Notes under the pieces: model-generated
The model's database searches: none
Told to the model about the DNA's origin: nothing
Seen by the model: only the letters and a program-made list of their open reading frames with translations
Shown here: one piece after another, positions 37,504 to 48,860 of the stretch
Position numbering within the stretch: position 1 is the stretch's first letter
How the letters are laid out: each line of letters starts with the position of its first letter
Assembly: GCA_001275005.1 (NCBI GenBank)
Contig: JWZX01003306.1
Location: forward strand, 1-64,000
DNA length: 64,000 nt
Origin: Chrysochromulina tobinii
Lineage: Eukaryota
Direction: 5' to 3'
Translations under genes and position numbers: made by a program

Positions 37504-38591
37504 GAACGCGCCATCAGAAGAAGCCACGATGAGGCTCGCACAACGCACAATAAATCGAACGGAGGCGAGGGCCTATGTAGAAACCAGAATTGAGCGAATG
37601 CACGCCGCGCCGGGAACGTCCGACTCTGCTGCCGGCGCTGGTCTCCACGCTAACGAGGTGTTGGTTTTACCCCGGGCACGGCACACGGAGATCGTACTGG
37701 TAACAACGCGTCTCGCGCGTCGCGGGCATGCTCGCGGGGCTCGAAGAAGTACGAAGAGAAGTACGGAAACCGCGTTCATACAATTCCTAAACAGGTCTCA
37801 GGTGTAGTGATGGGCCCTTATAAGCATGAAAAATAGAAGACCACTCCCCTTTTAGCGTAGCCCCTTTCGCCTTTGCGCTTTGGCGTGGCCGTGGGTCAAC
37901 GGGTTGCGTTTCTGATTCTGTTGGCGTGTTGGGTTTTACTTGTGCCGCTTTAGCTCAATCACTACAATTCACATCCAGACCAGTACGGTATCGGTATCCT
38001 GGTACTACGACCCCCTATCAGCCGCACGTCGAGTACACCCTACTTTGCATTCGATATACCCCGTCCCCGATTTGGCAACTCCGTAGCCGGCATCGCGACG
38101 GTGAACGGAGCTCGCAAACAAGAGTTATCATTCTTCATTCGGTTTCGCACGAATTCATCTTTGAGACAGTAGTCACTGCATCCGATCGCGCGGATCGGAT
38201 TGTCGTATGTCGAACACCCCAACACGACATTGGACATGTCGTACTCGGTCCGGTCCTGGCAGGGTATGCGTAGCTCGAAAAATGTGCTATGTTTACGTAA
38301 GACGCCTCATCGACGTGAGAGTTTCACGCTATCTCCGGGGGCGCGCGATCCGATTACGATAGTAAAGAAACACAACGTGGGGCACTGGTTGTGGAAAGCA
38401 TAGTTCTAAACTGTAGAAATGGCATCGTCCGATGCTCTCTCGGTCCCGCGGGCCTCGCCGCGGACCAACCCGAAGCCTGACTCGCGTCCAACATGGTAGC
38501 GTCTATCGTGACTGGTAGTACTTCGCGCACCTGTGCCTCTGTCAGCTGTGTGACTGCAGACTCGAGGCTGGCACGTGACAGTGCGGTGAAC

Positions 38592-41500
38592 TCACCGGCT
38601 CTGCGATGGATGGCTCCTCACTGCCCGCTCGCGTGGAGTCCGCCCTGTGTAGTTGCGTGGCGTCGCACCGCGAGACCATACAGCATTTGGCCCGAAGGGA
38701 CTCGTGTGAGTCGGGCGCTCAGCTCCTGAGTGACACGATTGCTCCGATGCGCTAGCTCCGCGCGCAGAGCGAGGTCCGGACGCCCGCGAGCGCGAGGTGA
38801 GCTGCATCGCCCGCTCGACCGAATGCTCGAATGTGGAGGTGGGCATCGTGATGGATGGCGACGACAGTGGCGGCGCTGGAGGCGGGGGCTCCACAGGTGA
38901 TCGCGATCGCACTGGCGATGCCGAGGAGTCCTTTTGCTTAGGCTTGGAAGCAAGAATGTGGCGTGCAGCGTCGATGACGCTGTCGTCCCGAATATCGAAG
39001 GCCTGAGCGCGGCTCGCAGACCAAACCATGTGCTCGGGTAAAGGACGCCGGCCTGACGCAAGCGCTTGCAGGAGGCCAAGGTGTGCTTCCTCCGCAGGCG
39101 ACGTTGGCCGAGGTGGAGATGCATTAGCACTTGGGGGCGAGGTTGATGGAACCGATTCTCTCGCTGATGAGGTAGTCTTCGGTACCAATGGGATGCCGTG
39201 CCGAATGGATCCGACGCCAATCCTGCTGCTGAACTCTGGGTCTGTCTTTGCCCACGGCACGATGTCGTTACCATCATCTGTATGAGCCGCTTGTCGCGTC
39301 CTAGAGAGTTGTCGTTTCTCCTCCATGGCGGCGCGGCGCTCCTTTGCCGCCTGCTGCTCCGAAGCACGCTGCTGTTTGGCCACTTCCGCTGCAGACAAGA
39401 CGAACGCAGCCGGCGCAGGAGGCATCGCAGCGGCCAGCGCAGCATATCGAGATGCTAACCCTCCCATTCCAGCAATGCCACGCCCGGAAGGCTCAGAAAC
39501 GCTCAGGGCGTTGGAGGCCGCCGCAAAGCTCAGATCTCTGGCAGCATCAGCTACTGCGCCGCTGCAAGCGGTAGCCGGGCGCACCGATGGGGGCTTTACG
39601 ACTGTCGGGCTGACAACCTGAGCAGCCTGAGCAGTCTGAGGACCGTGGCCAGGTCCAGGTTCTGAGGCAAGGCCCCATGCAAACTGACACGAGATGGGCA
39701 ACTCGTCAACGGCTGAAGGCTTCGAAGATGCCATGAAGGGTGTTCGGCTCGGCTCATCGGGTGTTCGGCTCCGCTCATCACATTGTCCGTTGGAATGGCA
39801 TGCATGGCCTTCTCCTGAAGGTCGCCGAGATGAAGTTATACGCGGCGTATTTCCCTTCGGCCACAATGAGTCTCCAAAGGGGCTGACGTGCTTCGTTCGA
39901 GACTGCGGTGGAGATTCAGGAGGCGATGGCGATGGCAGTCGCTCAGAATTCTCTGGATGCTGCTGAGGCTCCTCTGGCAGCTGCGGGGTTTCCTCTAGGT
40001 CTTGAGGCACCTGTTTCTCCTCCTGCAAGTCTGGACCCTGCAAGTCTGGAGCCGCCGGCACCGCTGCTAGTGTACGCACAGCTGCTGGTGCAGACGCTGC
40101 TGCTAGTGCGTGCGCTGCTGACGCAGGCGCCGCTACTTTCACCGGGCCCGGGCCGCGCAACATCTTGAGAAACTCGCTCATAGAGATCCTCCCCGACTGA
40201 TTCGTATCAAACTCCTTGAAAAAGTACTTGAATATCATCCGGATGGGGCGGGATCACGTTCTGCTCGCAGCAAACCAAGTTGATGAGCGTTGCCAGCTCG
40301 CGCAGCTCGATTTTGCCGTTGTGGTTTGCATCCGCTTGAGTGAATACTACGGTGGTGCGCTTGAGGTGCTCACGGAGCCAATGCCTCATTAATGCTCGTC
40401 CATCGCCACCAGAAAAGACTATCGTTTGAGGAGCCAGGGCAACGTCGACGATGTGCACGCGCTCATGTCCCGTGGGCGTACGAGGAGCAGGAGCGCGTGC
40501 GGAACTACGTGAGGAGTTTGACGAATTGCGCGCCGAGCTCACGCGCGACGAATGTGGTTGGGTTGGGGGGGCTTCATTCGGAGTAGGGCCAAGGGAAGCT
40601 TCTGCGTCGCCCTGCAGGTCGGGTGATGGGGCGTTCGTGGATGCTTCGGCAAGCGCCAGTGCAGATGCATCGGCAGGAGCCGCAGCCGGAGCTGGCGTCA
40701 CCACAGTTGCTGGAGGTGGCTGACGGCGAGGCCAGACACCTTCTCGATACTCGCCGGGGACTCGCCGTGCACTCTTTGGCCGATACGCATACGTCTCTCT
40801 TCCCGATGGCGAGGTAGGCCACACAATGCCTGAGGCGGAGGGCGCGGAGCGTGCGCGCGGAGTTTGCGATGTGGCTCGAGCACTTGCGACCGGTGCAGCC
40901 GTGTCACGTGAGCTCGAATGCCCGAAACGGGCGCTCGTAGTAGCCGAGTTTGGCGCAGAAAAGCGGGAGCTGGCATCGCCGAGACGAGCACTGCCGGGCG
41001 CATTGGGCCAATATGCCGAAGAGGGCGACACGCCCTCCACAAGGGGAAGCTTCTTCGCCTCCTCTGCAGGCTGAAAAGGAGACTCGCCACGCGCGCTAGC
41101 CTGTCGAGCACTCTTTGGACGTGGCGTGTTTCCCCGGGAGCTGAGGCTACGTGCAGAAGTTCCGCCGCCTCCCACAAGTGCGCGTGCACTCGGTAAATCA
41201 TTCGCAGAATGCGTCGTGCTGCGCGGCGGACAGAGTTTCAACACGCTGGGAGCGTTCAGCAGAAGGGCCGTCGCCTTCTTCAACGGAGCCGCTTGAATGT
41301 CTGCTTCGAGCATTTCGCACAACGTGACTGCAGCGGTGTTCGCGGCCTCGGATCCTGAGCCGTGCCCCAGCGCCCTCACTAGCAGAGGAATCGCACCCAC
41401 GTCCTGAATGGCACGTCGATTCTCGGGACTTGATGCAGCAAGGTTGCCAAGTGCACGAACAACAAATTCCTCGAGCTGGTAGCTGTGCGGGCCGGCCGAG

Positions 41501-41862
41501 TTGCTCAGTAATGCTGTCAGCGCAACGATTCCGTGAGCTTTTCGAATTTCATCACAGCAACGAGCACTCAGAGCTAGCCATGCGATGGCTTCGATGGCCA
41601 GCAGCAACGTGGCCTTCGGAATAGATGTGTGAAGTAAGCTCACAATTGGTAGGATCGCACCGGCTTCGCTGAGTGCTTCACGGCGCTCGTTACTCACGAC
41701 GTCTATGCGCTTTGCCAGCTCACAGATATGCTCCACCCAATTATGGAGCATGGTCGCCGGCTTGACACCCTCCAATACTTTGAAGCTGAGCACCTTGGTC
41801 GTTGCCCTCTCATCGCAATGTGCTACTGAGGCCGCAGGAGCAGGAGTCGGTGCTATTGTCAT
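38592..41862 (-). CDS. ARM-repeat, low-complexity, EF-hand-pair protein, split by a 1-nt frameshift at 40219-40223
   Basis: ARM units EAGAILPIVSLL and DVGAIPLLVRAL; EF-hand 1 DANHNGKIELREL in the upstream ORF, EF-hand 2 DTNQSGRISMSEF in the downstream ORF; deleting one T joins them as DIQVLFKEFDTN. Confidence 0.7.
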
Positions 41863-42120
41863 CTTGATCGCACGTACTTAAAGTCACCGCGCATTAAGTC
41901 CCAGCGTCACTGGACCAGCCCGATCGCCAAGAAGAGGGAGGAAACGAGAGCAAAAGTTTGGGCGATTTCGTTTCAAGTGCAAAATTTCCTGTATTTGGAA
42001 ACCAAGAACCGCATCGAGTCCTAATCAAGACACTTCATACTTCCTTCTTTAACTCATTGTGAACGGGGGACTCAGTTAGTTTCGGGCCGAGGGGAAAAAA
42101 CTACCGTAATAGAGTCGCAA

Positions 42121-43803
42121 ATGTCAGGCCGTGTTGATCGCTGGCTGCCAAGGGCTGCCGCAGATGCTGCCCGTGAGGTCTTAGCCGCGCGTGAGATCGC
42201 ATCCGCTTCGACCGAGATCGAGATCGAATCGGCCACAAAGGCACCGCCAACATTTGGTAGACGCTTTACAATTTCATTGCTCTGCGCCACAGCTGCTGCC
42301 ATCTCATACGCACAAAGGTATGGAATCGCCATTGCGATTGTGCGGATGCAGTCGCGCCTGAACTGGAGCCGCTCCATCCAAGGACAGATACTCGCGTCCT
42401 TCTTCCTCGGGTACATGGTGGCGCAGCTGCCGGCAGGCTGGGCAGCCGCGAGATATGGCGCTCGAATAACGGTGCTAGCCTCGCTGCTATGTGGCTCCAT
42501 CATCAGTATTGCTTTGCCGCCCGCTGCGCTCATACATCCGTGGCTGGTGATGCTCCTGCGCCTGCTCCACGGGCTGGCACAAGGGGTGTTATTTCCGGGC
42601 TTCGCAGCGCTCTGGTCCATGTGGGCGCCGCCGTTAGAACGCTCGCAGCTGGACGGCATCCCTCGCGCCGGTGGCTTCTTCGGGGCGATGCTCTGCAACG
42701 CCTTGGCCGGCACGCAATGTGATCTGTTGGTAGGTGTACCTCTCATCGGCGATTGGTCTGGCGTGTTCACCGCGTGGGGATTGATCGGGCTCGCCTTCTC
42801 CATCGTATGGTGGCGGCACGTCGAGGACTCGCCGGCAATGGACCGCACCTGCTCCGCTGCCGAGGCGGCATTTATTGCCCAGGAGATTCGTGCGCACATG
42901 GACTCCTCGAGTGCCACGTGCGACTCATCCGACACGGCTCTCAGCGCTGGTCGTGCGGAAACGAGCGCTCAGAACGATGCCGAGACGAGCGCGCGCAGAC
43001 TATACGGACACATCTTCAGGTCATCTGCGTGCTGGGCCATCTGCCTTGCGCACACCGCGGGCGATATCGGCCTCTACGTCCTCGACGACGGGCTGCCACC
43101 CTACCTGCGGGATGTTAAGGGCGTCGAGCTCTCACAGATAGGACTGATGCTCGCATTGCCGGGGTTGCTCAAGCCCTGCATAATCTTGCTCTCTGCGTCA
43201 CTGGCCGACCGACTGCGCCGCCGCTTTCGCACGCTGCACGTACGCAAGGCGATTACCATTGGCGCTTTCATCCCTCAGATTGGGTTCTTATTCGCCCTAG
43301 CCACCGGCCTGCTTGTCGAGCCGAAGACTATCGGGGTTGCCATGGTCATCATCCTGCCGCTCGGAATGGCTGCTAATGGAGGCGGCTACGCCGTGAACCA
43401 CCTCGACATCGCGCCTACAATCGCATCGCTCGTGTTGGCTTTCTATAATACGGGGGGGCAGGTGGCTGGCTGGATGGCACCATGGGCCATCGGAGTGCTC
43501 ACGGCTTATCCAGACGGCCAGAGCCGTGAGCAGCACCTGACATCAACCTGCGCGTGTGCTCCCAGCAGCGCATGGGTGGAGCAGATGGATGACGAATGGC
43601 GCATCGTCTTCGGGCTTGGTGGCCTTCTGCAGGCGGCGGGCGGTCTCGCCTTTCTCGCGCTCGCGTCGGACCGCGTGCAACCGTGGGTGCCGCGCACGAC
43701 GCTCAAAACGGCGCGCGAATCTCTGTCGAGGGGCGCTTACGTGAGTACCACGACCAGCAGTTTGCAAGAGGACACGGTGGGTACGGGGTACTTACTTAAG
43801 TGA
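42121..43803 (+). CDS. MFS anion:cation symporter (SLC17/sialin/PHT4-like)
   Basis: WSRSIQGQILASFFLGYMVAQLPAGWAAARYG, LLHGLAQGVLFP....LWSMWAPPLERS, LPPYLRDV, GGYAVNHLDIAP, VQPW. Confidence 0.92.
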   Translation: MSGRVDRWLPRAAADAAREVLAAREIASASTEIEIESATKAPPTFGRRFTISLLCATAAAISYAQRYGIAIAIVRMQSRLNWSRSIQGQILASFFLGYMVAQLPAGWAAARYGARITVLASLLCGSIISIALPPAALIHPWLVMLLRLLHGLAQGVLFPGFAALWSMWAPPLERSQLDGIPRAGGFFGAMLCNALAGTQCDLLVGVPLIGDWSGVFTAWGLIGLAFSIVWWRHVEDSPAMDRTCSAAEAAFIAQEIRAHMDSSSATCDSSDTALSAGRAETSAQNDAETSARRLYGHIFRSSACWAICLAHTAGDIGLYVLDDGLPPYLRDVKGVELSQIGLMLALPGLLKPCIILLSASLADRLRRRFRTLHVRKAITIGAFIPQIGFLFALATGLLVEPKTIGVAMVIILPLGMAANGGGYAVNHLDIAPTIASLVLAFYNTGGQVAGWMAPWAIGVLTAYPDGQSREQHLTSTCACAPSSAWVEQMDDEWRIVFGLGGLLQAAGGLAFLALASDRVQPWVPRTTLKTARESLSRGAYVSTTTSSLQEDTVGTGYLLK

Positions 43804-43947
43804 CGAATATTTGAAAGGGACGAAGCCGTCTGTGGAAAAGGGCTACCGCGGAACTAACCGCATATCCCGGCATTATCAACCATTCGCATAACCCGCATCA
43901 TGGATTTTTATCCCTCACTACTGTCTACATGGTAGTATACACGGAGA

Positions 43948-44487
43948 TCAGAGAGCCGACTGCAGAGGGACCTCTTTTGCACGCATTGCATCACGGGCCT
44001 GCCTTGCGGAGGCGCGACCCTTGCCAAGCATGCAGCGCTCGAGGTGCGGCGCGTATCGATTCGCGGTGAGCGAGGTGCCGCAGTTGGTGCAGATGATCGT
44101 CTCCGCGGCAGCCGCCTGCTTCGTAAGCCTGTTACCAAAGACGTCGGCGCCCGGCCCTGCTGCGGCGCCTGGAGCCAATGCCTTCTGTGCAGCAGAGCGT
44201 TCCGCTGAAATTTTCGCAGCCTCTTCGGAAAGGAGAGCGAACAGTGGCTTCGAGACCTTCTCGTCGCCGTTGGGTAGCGTGCCGCGCGCGCCTTCGAGCA
44301 GTGCCTTGACCTCCTCACTGCAGGTGACCACACCGCCAGCGACGAGCAGTGCCTCCTCGGCAACTTCTTTGGCGAGATCCTGTACGAGGGCATCCGCGGT
44401 GTGCACGCACTCGAGCGAGAGCGGATGAAGCTGCGACACGCTCTGCAGCGCGTGTAGGCGTCTACGTTTATTCGCGTCCATGTACAT
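43948..44487 (-). CDS. SGF11: SAGA deubiquitination module subunit Sgf11/ATXN7L3
   Basis: DVFG...IICTNCGTSLTANRYAPHLERCMLGKGRASARQA zinc finger; start uncertain (44529, 44487 or 44481). Confidence 0.88.
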   Translation of the reverse strand: MYMDANKRRRLHALQSVSQLHPLSLECVHTADALVQDLAKEVAEEALLVAGGVVTCSEEVKALLEGARGTLPNGDEKVSKPLFALLSEEAAKISAERSAAQKALAPGAAAGPGADVFGNRLTKQAAAAETIICTNCGTSLTANRYAPHLERCMLGKGRASARQARDAMRAKEVPLQSAL

Positions 44488-44524
44488 CCTGCTCGACTCG
44501 GCTTGATCAATCTTGTTGGTGTGA

Positions 44525-44792
44525 ATCATCGTCCCGGTAAAAAGACACCGGGGGGAGCCGGGACACACACGGGACACACGGGACACGCGGACGCACAAAG
44601 GCACTCGGACCACACAGACGAACCTCACAACCATCCAAACCCACCAACAACACACACCCCGCACGTCAGCGCGACGACCGAAGCCGCGGCCAGCTCAACA
44701 GCCGCAGGCCCGGAGCCGACCGCACCCCGCGGCCGACTCAGAAGAGGCCATCATCGTACCGGTAAAAAGACACCGGGGGAGCCGGGACACAC
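44525..44792. mobile_element. ~270-bp element bounded by ~44-bp direct repeats; core shared with 32590-32724
   Basis: atcatcgt(c/a)ccggtaaaaagacaccggggg(g)agccgggacacac at 44525-44568 and 44750-44792; internal ggacac repeats. Confidence 0.6.
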
Positions 44793-44851
44793 CGGTACTA
44801 ACCAACTCCGCCCCCCCTCTACTACTTGTGCCCCCAAAACACATTAAATGG

Positions 44852-46291
44852 CTAAAATGGGCCGGAATGAGAATTGGTTCGCTTCAACCGGCTGCCGCGA
44901 TCCACGGCCATACCAATCGTTTGGGGGCCACTGCCCATCATCGAGCCTACCGCGTCGAACGCATCCTCCACTGCGTCGAACGCACCCTCCGGACAGCTGG
45001 CCTTGTGATCAAAATTGTCGCTGGGCCTCCTTGAGGCAATTTTGCGCGCAGGGTCGAGGGCTGTGATGTCGTCCGCGTCGATCAAGCCAGATCCGTCGAT
45101 GTCCAGCTTCTCAAACAGCTTGCTGAATAGGTCAATGTCCTGCTGGCTGACGCCATCGAGCATGATAAGCATACCGGTCACGAACTCGAACTTGTCGACA
45201 CCGTTTCCGTCCTTGTCGAGGCTCAGCATCAGGCCCACATCGGCGGCGCCCTTGATCATTTTCATCCTGCGTAACGCCGCCTCGCGGGCCTCATGCAATT
45301 CGCTCACGTCGCCCAGGGTGGCGGTCAGAATTGAAACTGAGAAGAGGATGTGAAATAACGCCCACATGCGCCCCCCGTCGGTATTGATTTTAACGTCGCC
45401 GAATCCCACAGTAGTAATTGTCACGAAGCAGTGATAACAGGCGCTCCCAAAGTCCCAGCCTTCGATTTCGCAGAAGACTGCGGCAAAGGCACCCTGGATG
45501 CTCATAATCATGACGAACGGTGCAGCCAGGTTCTTCGAGTAATAGAAAAGCGGCTTTCGTGGCACCTTAAAATCCGCGATGCCGTCACCGTCGATGTCTA
45601 TACCCTTCTGGGGGAAGCAGCGCTCCATAGCATTGCGAGACCAGCTGTAGAGTGGCTGGATGCACCTGGCAATCAGGGCCGAGAGCTGGGCAAACACGAC
45701 GCCAACGCCGAAAATGATATAGACGACGGTAAAGGCGCGGCTCCCTTGGACACTGGGGTCCGGGTACAGGTCGCCGTAACCCACTGTCGCCGCGGCCCCC
45801 ATCAAAAAGTAGAGGCTCTCCCAAACGTTCCAGCCCTGCATATTCATGAAGAATGCGGACCCCGTGGCAAAATAGATGGAGCACCACAAAAGGCAGGACA
45901 CGACATCCTTCCAAAAGGTGCAGCTGTTCGAACTTCGGCTGGGCGCCGGCACGGACCGCGGCACGGCCGCACCAGACGCAGGCGTGTCGGCAGGAGCGGT
46001 TGCAGTAGCGGTAGCGGTGGCGGTAGCGGTGGCGGTAGCGGTGGCGGTAGCGCTGCTAGTGCTACCGCGACCTTGTGCACGGCGAGCTCCTGACTCCGCG
46101 TTAGGGTCGGCATTCGGAATAATCCTAACCCCTACCCTATTCAATGCCACAGCCCTTGTGCACGCGCTAGCCCCACTGGGGGGGGTCAAGCGCCCAGGAA
46201 GGATTGCGTCTTGTGGACGTGCAGCCACAGCCTTCGATAATGCGACCTTCAGTTTCATGCTCCCGCGGTAGTCTGCGTCCAGGGGGGACAT
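44852..46291 (-). CDS. Two-pore-domain K+ channel with EF-hands (TPK/K2P-like); 5' end uncertain, frame open to 46681
   Basis: Pore 1 ATVGYGDLYP, pore 2 ITTVGFGD, 4 TM segments, EF-hand-like DIDGDG, DKDGNGVDKFEF and DIDGSGLIDADD. Confidence 0.88.
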   Translation of the reverse strand: MSPLDADYRGSMKLKVALSKAVAARPQDAILPGRLTPPSGASACTRAVALNRVGVRIIPNADPNAESGARRAQGRGSTSSATATATATATATATATATAPADTPASGAAVPRSVPAPSRSSNSCTFWKDVVSCLLWCSIYFATGSAFFMNMQGWNVWESLYFLMGAAATVGYGDLYPDPSVQGSRAFTVVYIIFGVGVVFAQLSALIARCIQPLYSWSRNAMERCFPQKGIDIDGDGIADFKVPRKPLFYYSKNLAAPFVMIMSIQGAFAAVFCEIEGWDFGSACYHCFVTITTVGFGDVKINTDGGRMWALFHILFSVSILTATLGDVSELHEAREAALRRMKMIKGAADVGLMLSLDKDGNGVDKFEFVTGMLIMLDGVSQQDIDLFSKLFEKLDIDGSGLIDADDITALDPARKIASRRPSDNFDHKASCPEGAFDAVEDAFDAVGSMMGSGPQTIGMAVDRGSRLKRTNSHSGPF

Positions 46292-46472
46292 GCAAATCGG
46301 CGGTTCTTGGATCCCCTGGACGTACGAGGTCAGAGGTGCGGCCGCGGCGACGGCCTCGGCGGTCGTTGGACCCTCGATGCTGCGGCAGCAGGAGTCGGTG
46401 AGCGAAGAATCGACGGGATAGCGAACCAGCCAATGAATGCCGTCCCTGGAGCTTCTTGAAGCCTTGGGTGTT

Positions 46473-48766
46473 TCACGAATCAACTTCTGGTCTTTGGGCG
46501 TAGAACTTGTAGGTAGGGAGGCCGGGATACTGGAGCTGCACCTGCACTGCGATGTGGGCTCGATCGATGACGAGGGGCTCACCACCGGCAATGCCCCTCT
46601 CAGTTGACGCACTCGCTGGTGCCTCAGCTGACGCACTCGCCGATTCGTTGACCTCCTTCTTCGGTGTAGGCTTGGAATCAAAACCTGAAAAGCGTCTGGT
46701 CAGCGACTTGTAATACGTGCCCTTTTTCGCCTTGGTCTCGAGCATGGCGAGACGCGCTGCCATCTCCTTGGCTTCCTCGATCTCGAGCGGGTCCCCCGTC
46801 TCCATGTTGCTTAGACTGCTGAGCATGTTTGAGAAGCTGAGATTTTGGGACACAGCCTGTTTCCGTTCCTTCTCCAAATATTGCACGGCCCATCGTCGCA
46901 TCGCAAGCCAGATGGCACTCCAGCGCACCTTGTCCGCTGCGAGCGGATACTTGAATGTGGCGCTTGCGCCCGAGGACCCATCTATCCTGTCGTAGACGAT
47001 GCTCAGCAGATTTTCGCACGTCACGCGGGTCACGTCGACGTACGTGAGGGCGCGGGCCGGGAGTGATCGCAGGCTTATACGCTGGAGGATGCAGTCATCG
47101 CCAAAGACCGAGCCGCCGAGGAGCACCGGGCCGCGGTAGATGACAGTCCCCTTGCTCACGTGGTACATGGCGTCGGCAGGGAGCAGCTCCGTCGGCACGA
47201 AAACCATCGACTCGAGCTTGAGCGATATGAGCACCGAGCACGCCGTCTCGATGCCCCGCAGGAAGGGGATCGTCATCAGCCATGGGCCGTTCACCTGGAG
47301 CGAGAGCTCGCCCTGCAGCTTCTGCGACAGGAGCATCATGAGGGCCTGTTGCGACTTGCACACCTGCACGTGCTCAGAGCGGTAAAGGTACTCGCGCAGC
47401 TTGATGCGCGTGGGTTGGGCGAGCTTGTGTTTCCGGCAGTAGCGGTTGAGCTGGTCCATGCTGTTGCGGAAGGCGACGCCCTCGGGGTTCATGTTGGAGA
47501 GCACGTCGCACAACGAGGCGATGATGACGCTGTTAATCAAGCACGCGACGATCGTGCAGAACATGAAGAGCATGGACTCGGACGGGTTCATATATATCGC
47601 GTCTGTGTCGCCGCCCGCGGCGCCCGAGATGAGCATGATCATCCAGTAGAAGGTCATGACCCACAATTCATACGGGCCGACGCACCAGACGTCAGTCAGG
47701 TGCGCGATGTCCGGGTTCGATGGCGGCGGCATCAACACCCAAGTCTTGTACGGCTGGAAGAACTCGTTGTTCACGTCGTGCGGATCGTCGGTTTGAACGC
47801 AAAACTTCTTGGAGCCCTTCCATGTGTCTAGGGGCGTCTCTGCGAGCGAGCCGCCGAGAACGAGAAAGCAAGCTAAGAGATGGCCGAAATAGAGATACCC
47901 AAGGATGCACGTGACCACGGTCAGCGTTGAAAAGTCGAGCGCGAACGACGTCCACCAGCGCTTCAGGATGCGCGACGCCTTCACCAGTCTCACCAACTTG
48001 ACGAGCCTGACCACCCGGAGAAGGCGCAGGACGCGAAACTTCGTTATTCCCTCTGCCACGGCTCCCTCGCCCGACGCACTCTCCAGGACGGGGGGCCCGA
48101 CCTTTTCTTCCACCAGCGGGAGGATATCAAAAGCCACAGTGAGGACGGAAATCAAGTCCACCACAAACCAATTTTTTGAATAGTTCCATGCAATCCGGTC
48201 GAATTGCTTGACCATCTCGATTTGCTTGGCATGAAGCAGTATCGAGCCCTTTTGCGCCAGTGGGTTGTAATTGGGCTCAGCTTCGTACATGATGAAAAAT
48301 TGGAGGATCATGTCCAAGGCGAAGAAAACATCGACGATGCGATCGATGATAAAGCGGGGCGTGGCAGGATTCGTATCGGGCTCGAGGAAGGCCACCTCGT
48401 AGGGGGTTGCTATGGCCGTGTAGAGCAATGCGAGGCCGCCAAGCGAGTCCCATATCGATAAAAACTTGCTCGTCCGCGGGTCTATCAAGAGACGGTCGCG
48501 GCAGCGGTCGCCACTGTCAGCACTGGCAGCATTCCCATGCCCATGTCCATGTGCATGCCCATGTCCTCGCATCAACGCGAAGAGCACCTCCAGCACGTAC
48601 TCTGGTACCCGTCTGAGTTCCGGATCGGTACGTTCCAAATTTGGACGCTTCCGTCGCGGGTACATTACGACCCCTCTTACCGCATCTGGTTCAACGTGTC
48701 GTTCGAAAGCATCGTTCGACGCAAAGATGACTTGCCACCGGCGCTCGAGCGCCTTCTTCCTTCCAT
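46473..48766 (-). CDS. Cyclic-nucleotide-binding-domain voltage-gated channel (EAG/HCN/CNG superfamily); probable short first exon from 48766
   Basis: IDP.SKF..WD, YTAIATPYEVAF, WFVVDLIS, S4 RVLRLLRVVRLVKLVRLVKASRI, C-linker FRNSMDQLNRY, CNBD PFLRG..FGDD..ARALTYVDV; candidate exon MEGRRRSS..NQMR followed by GTAAG. Confidence 0.88.
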
Positions 48767-48860
48767 CCGACCGGCTGTTGGATTGCGGTGGAACTCATGC
48801 GCGATCCACGGGCTGCCAGCCTATCAGGCATGGCTCCCACCGTCTTTATTGCCCTCGCGC

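Noticed and set aside
37504..38590. ncRNA or hidden gene in the 1.1-kb intergenic gap (also 3281-3900 and 5210-5740)
   Set aside because: No tRNA cloverleaf, snRNA/rRNA signature or credible ORF was recognised by eye; an Infernal/Rfam scan would be needed to exclude one.
46072..46165. Possible intron in the TPK N-terminus flanked by cgtgcacaagg direct repeats with cctaac motifs
   Set aside because: Removing the 82- or 83-nt candidates puts stop codons upstream in frame, while the unspliced frame is open; no consistent splice found.
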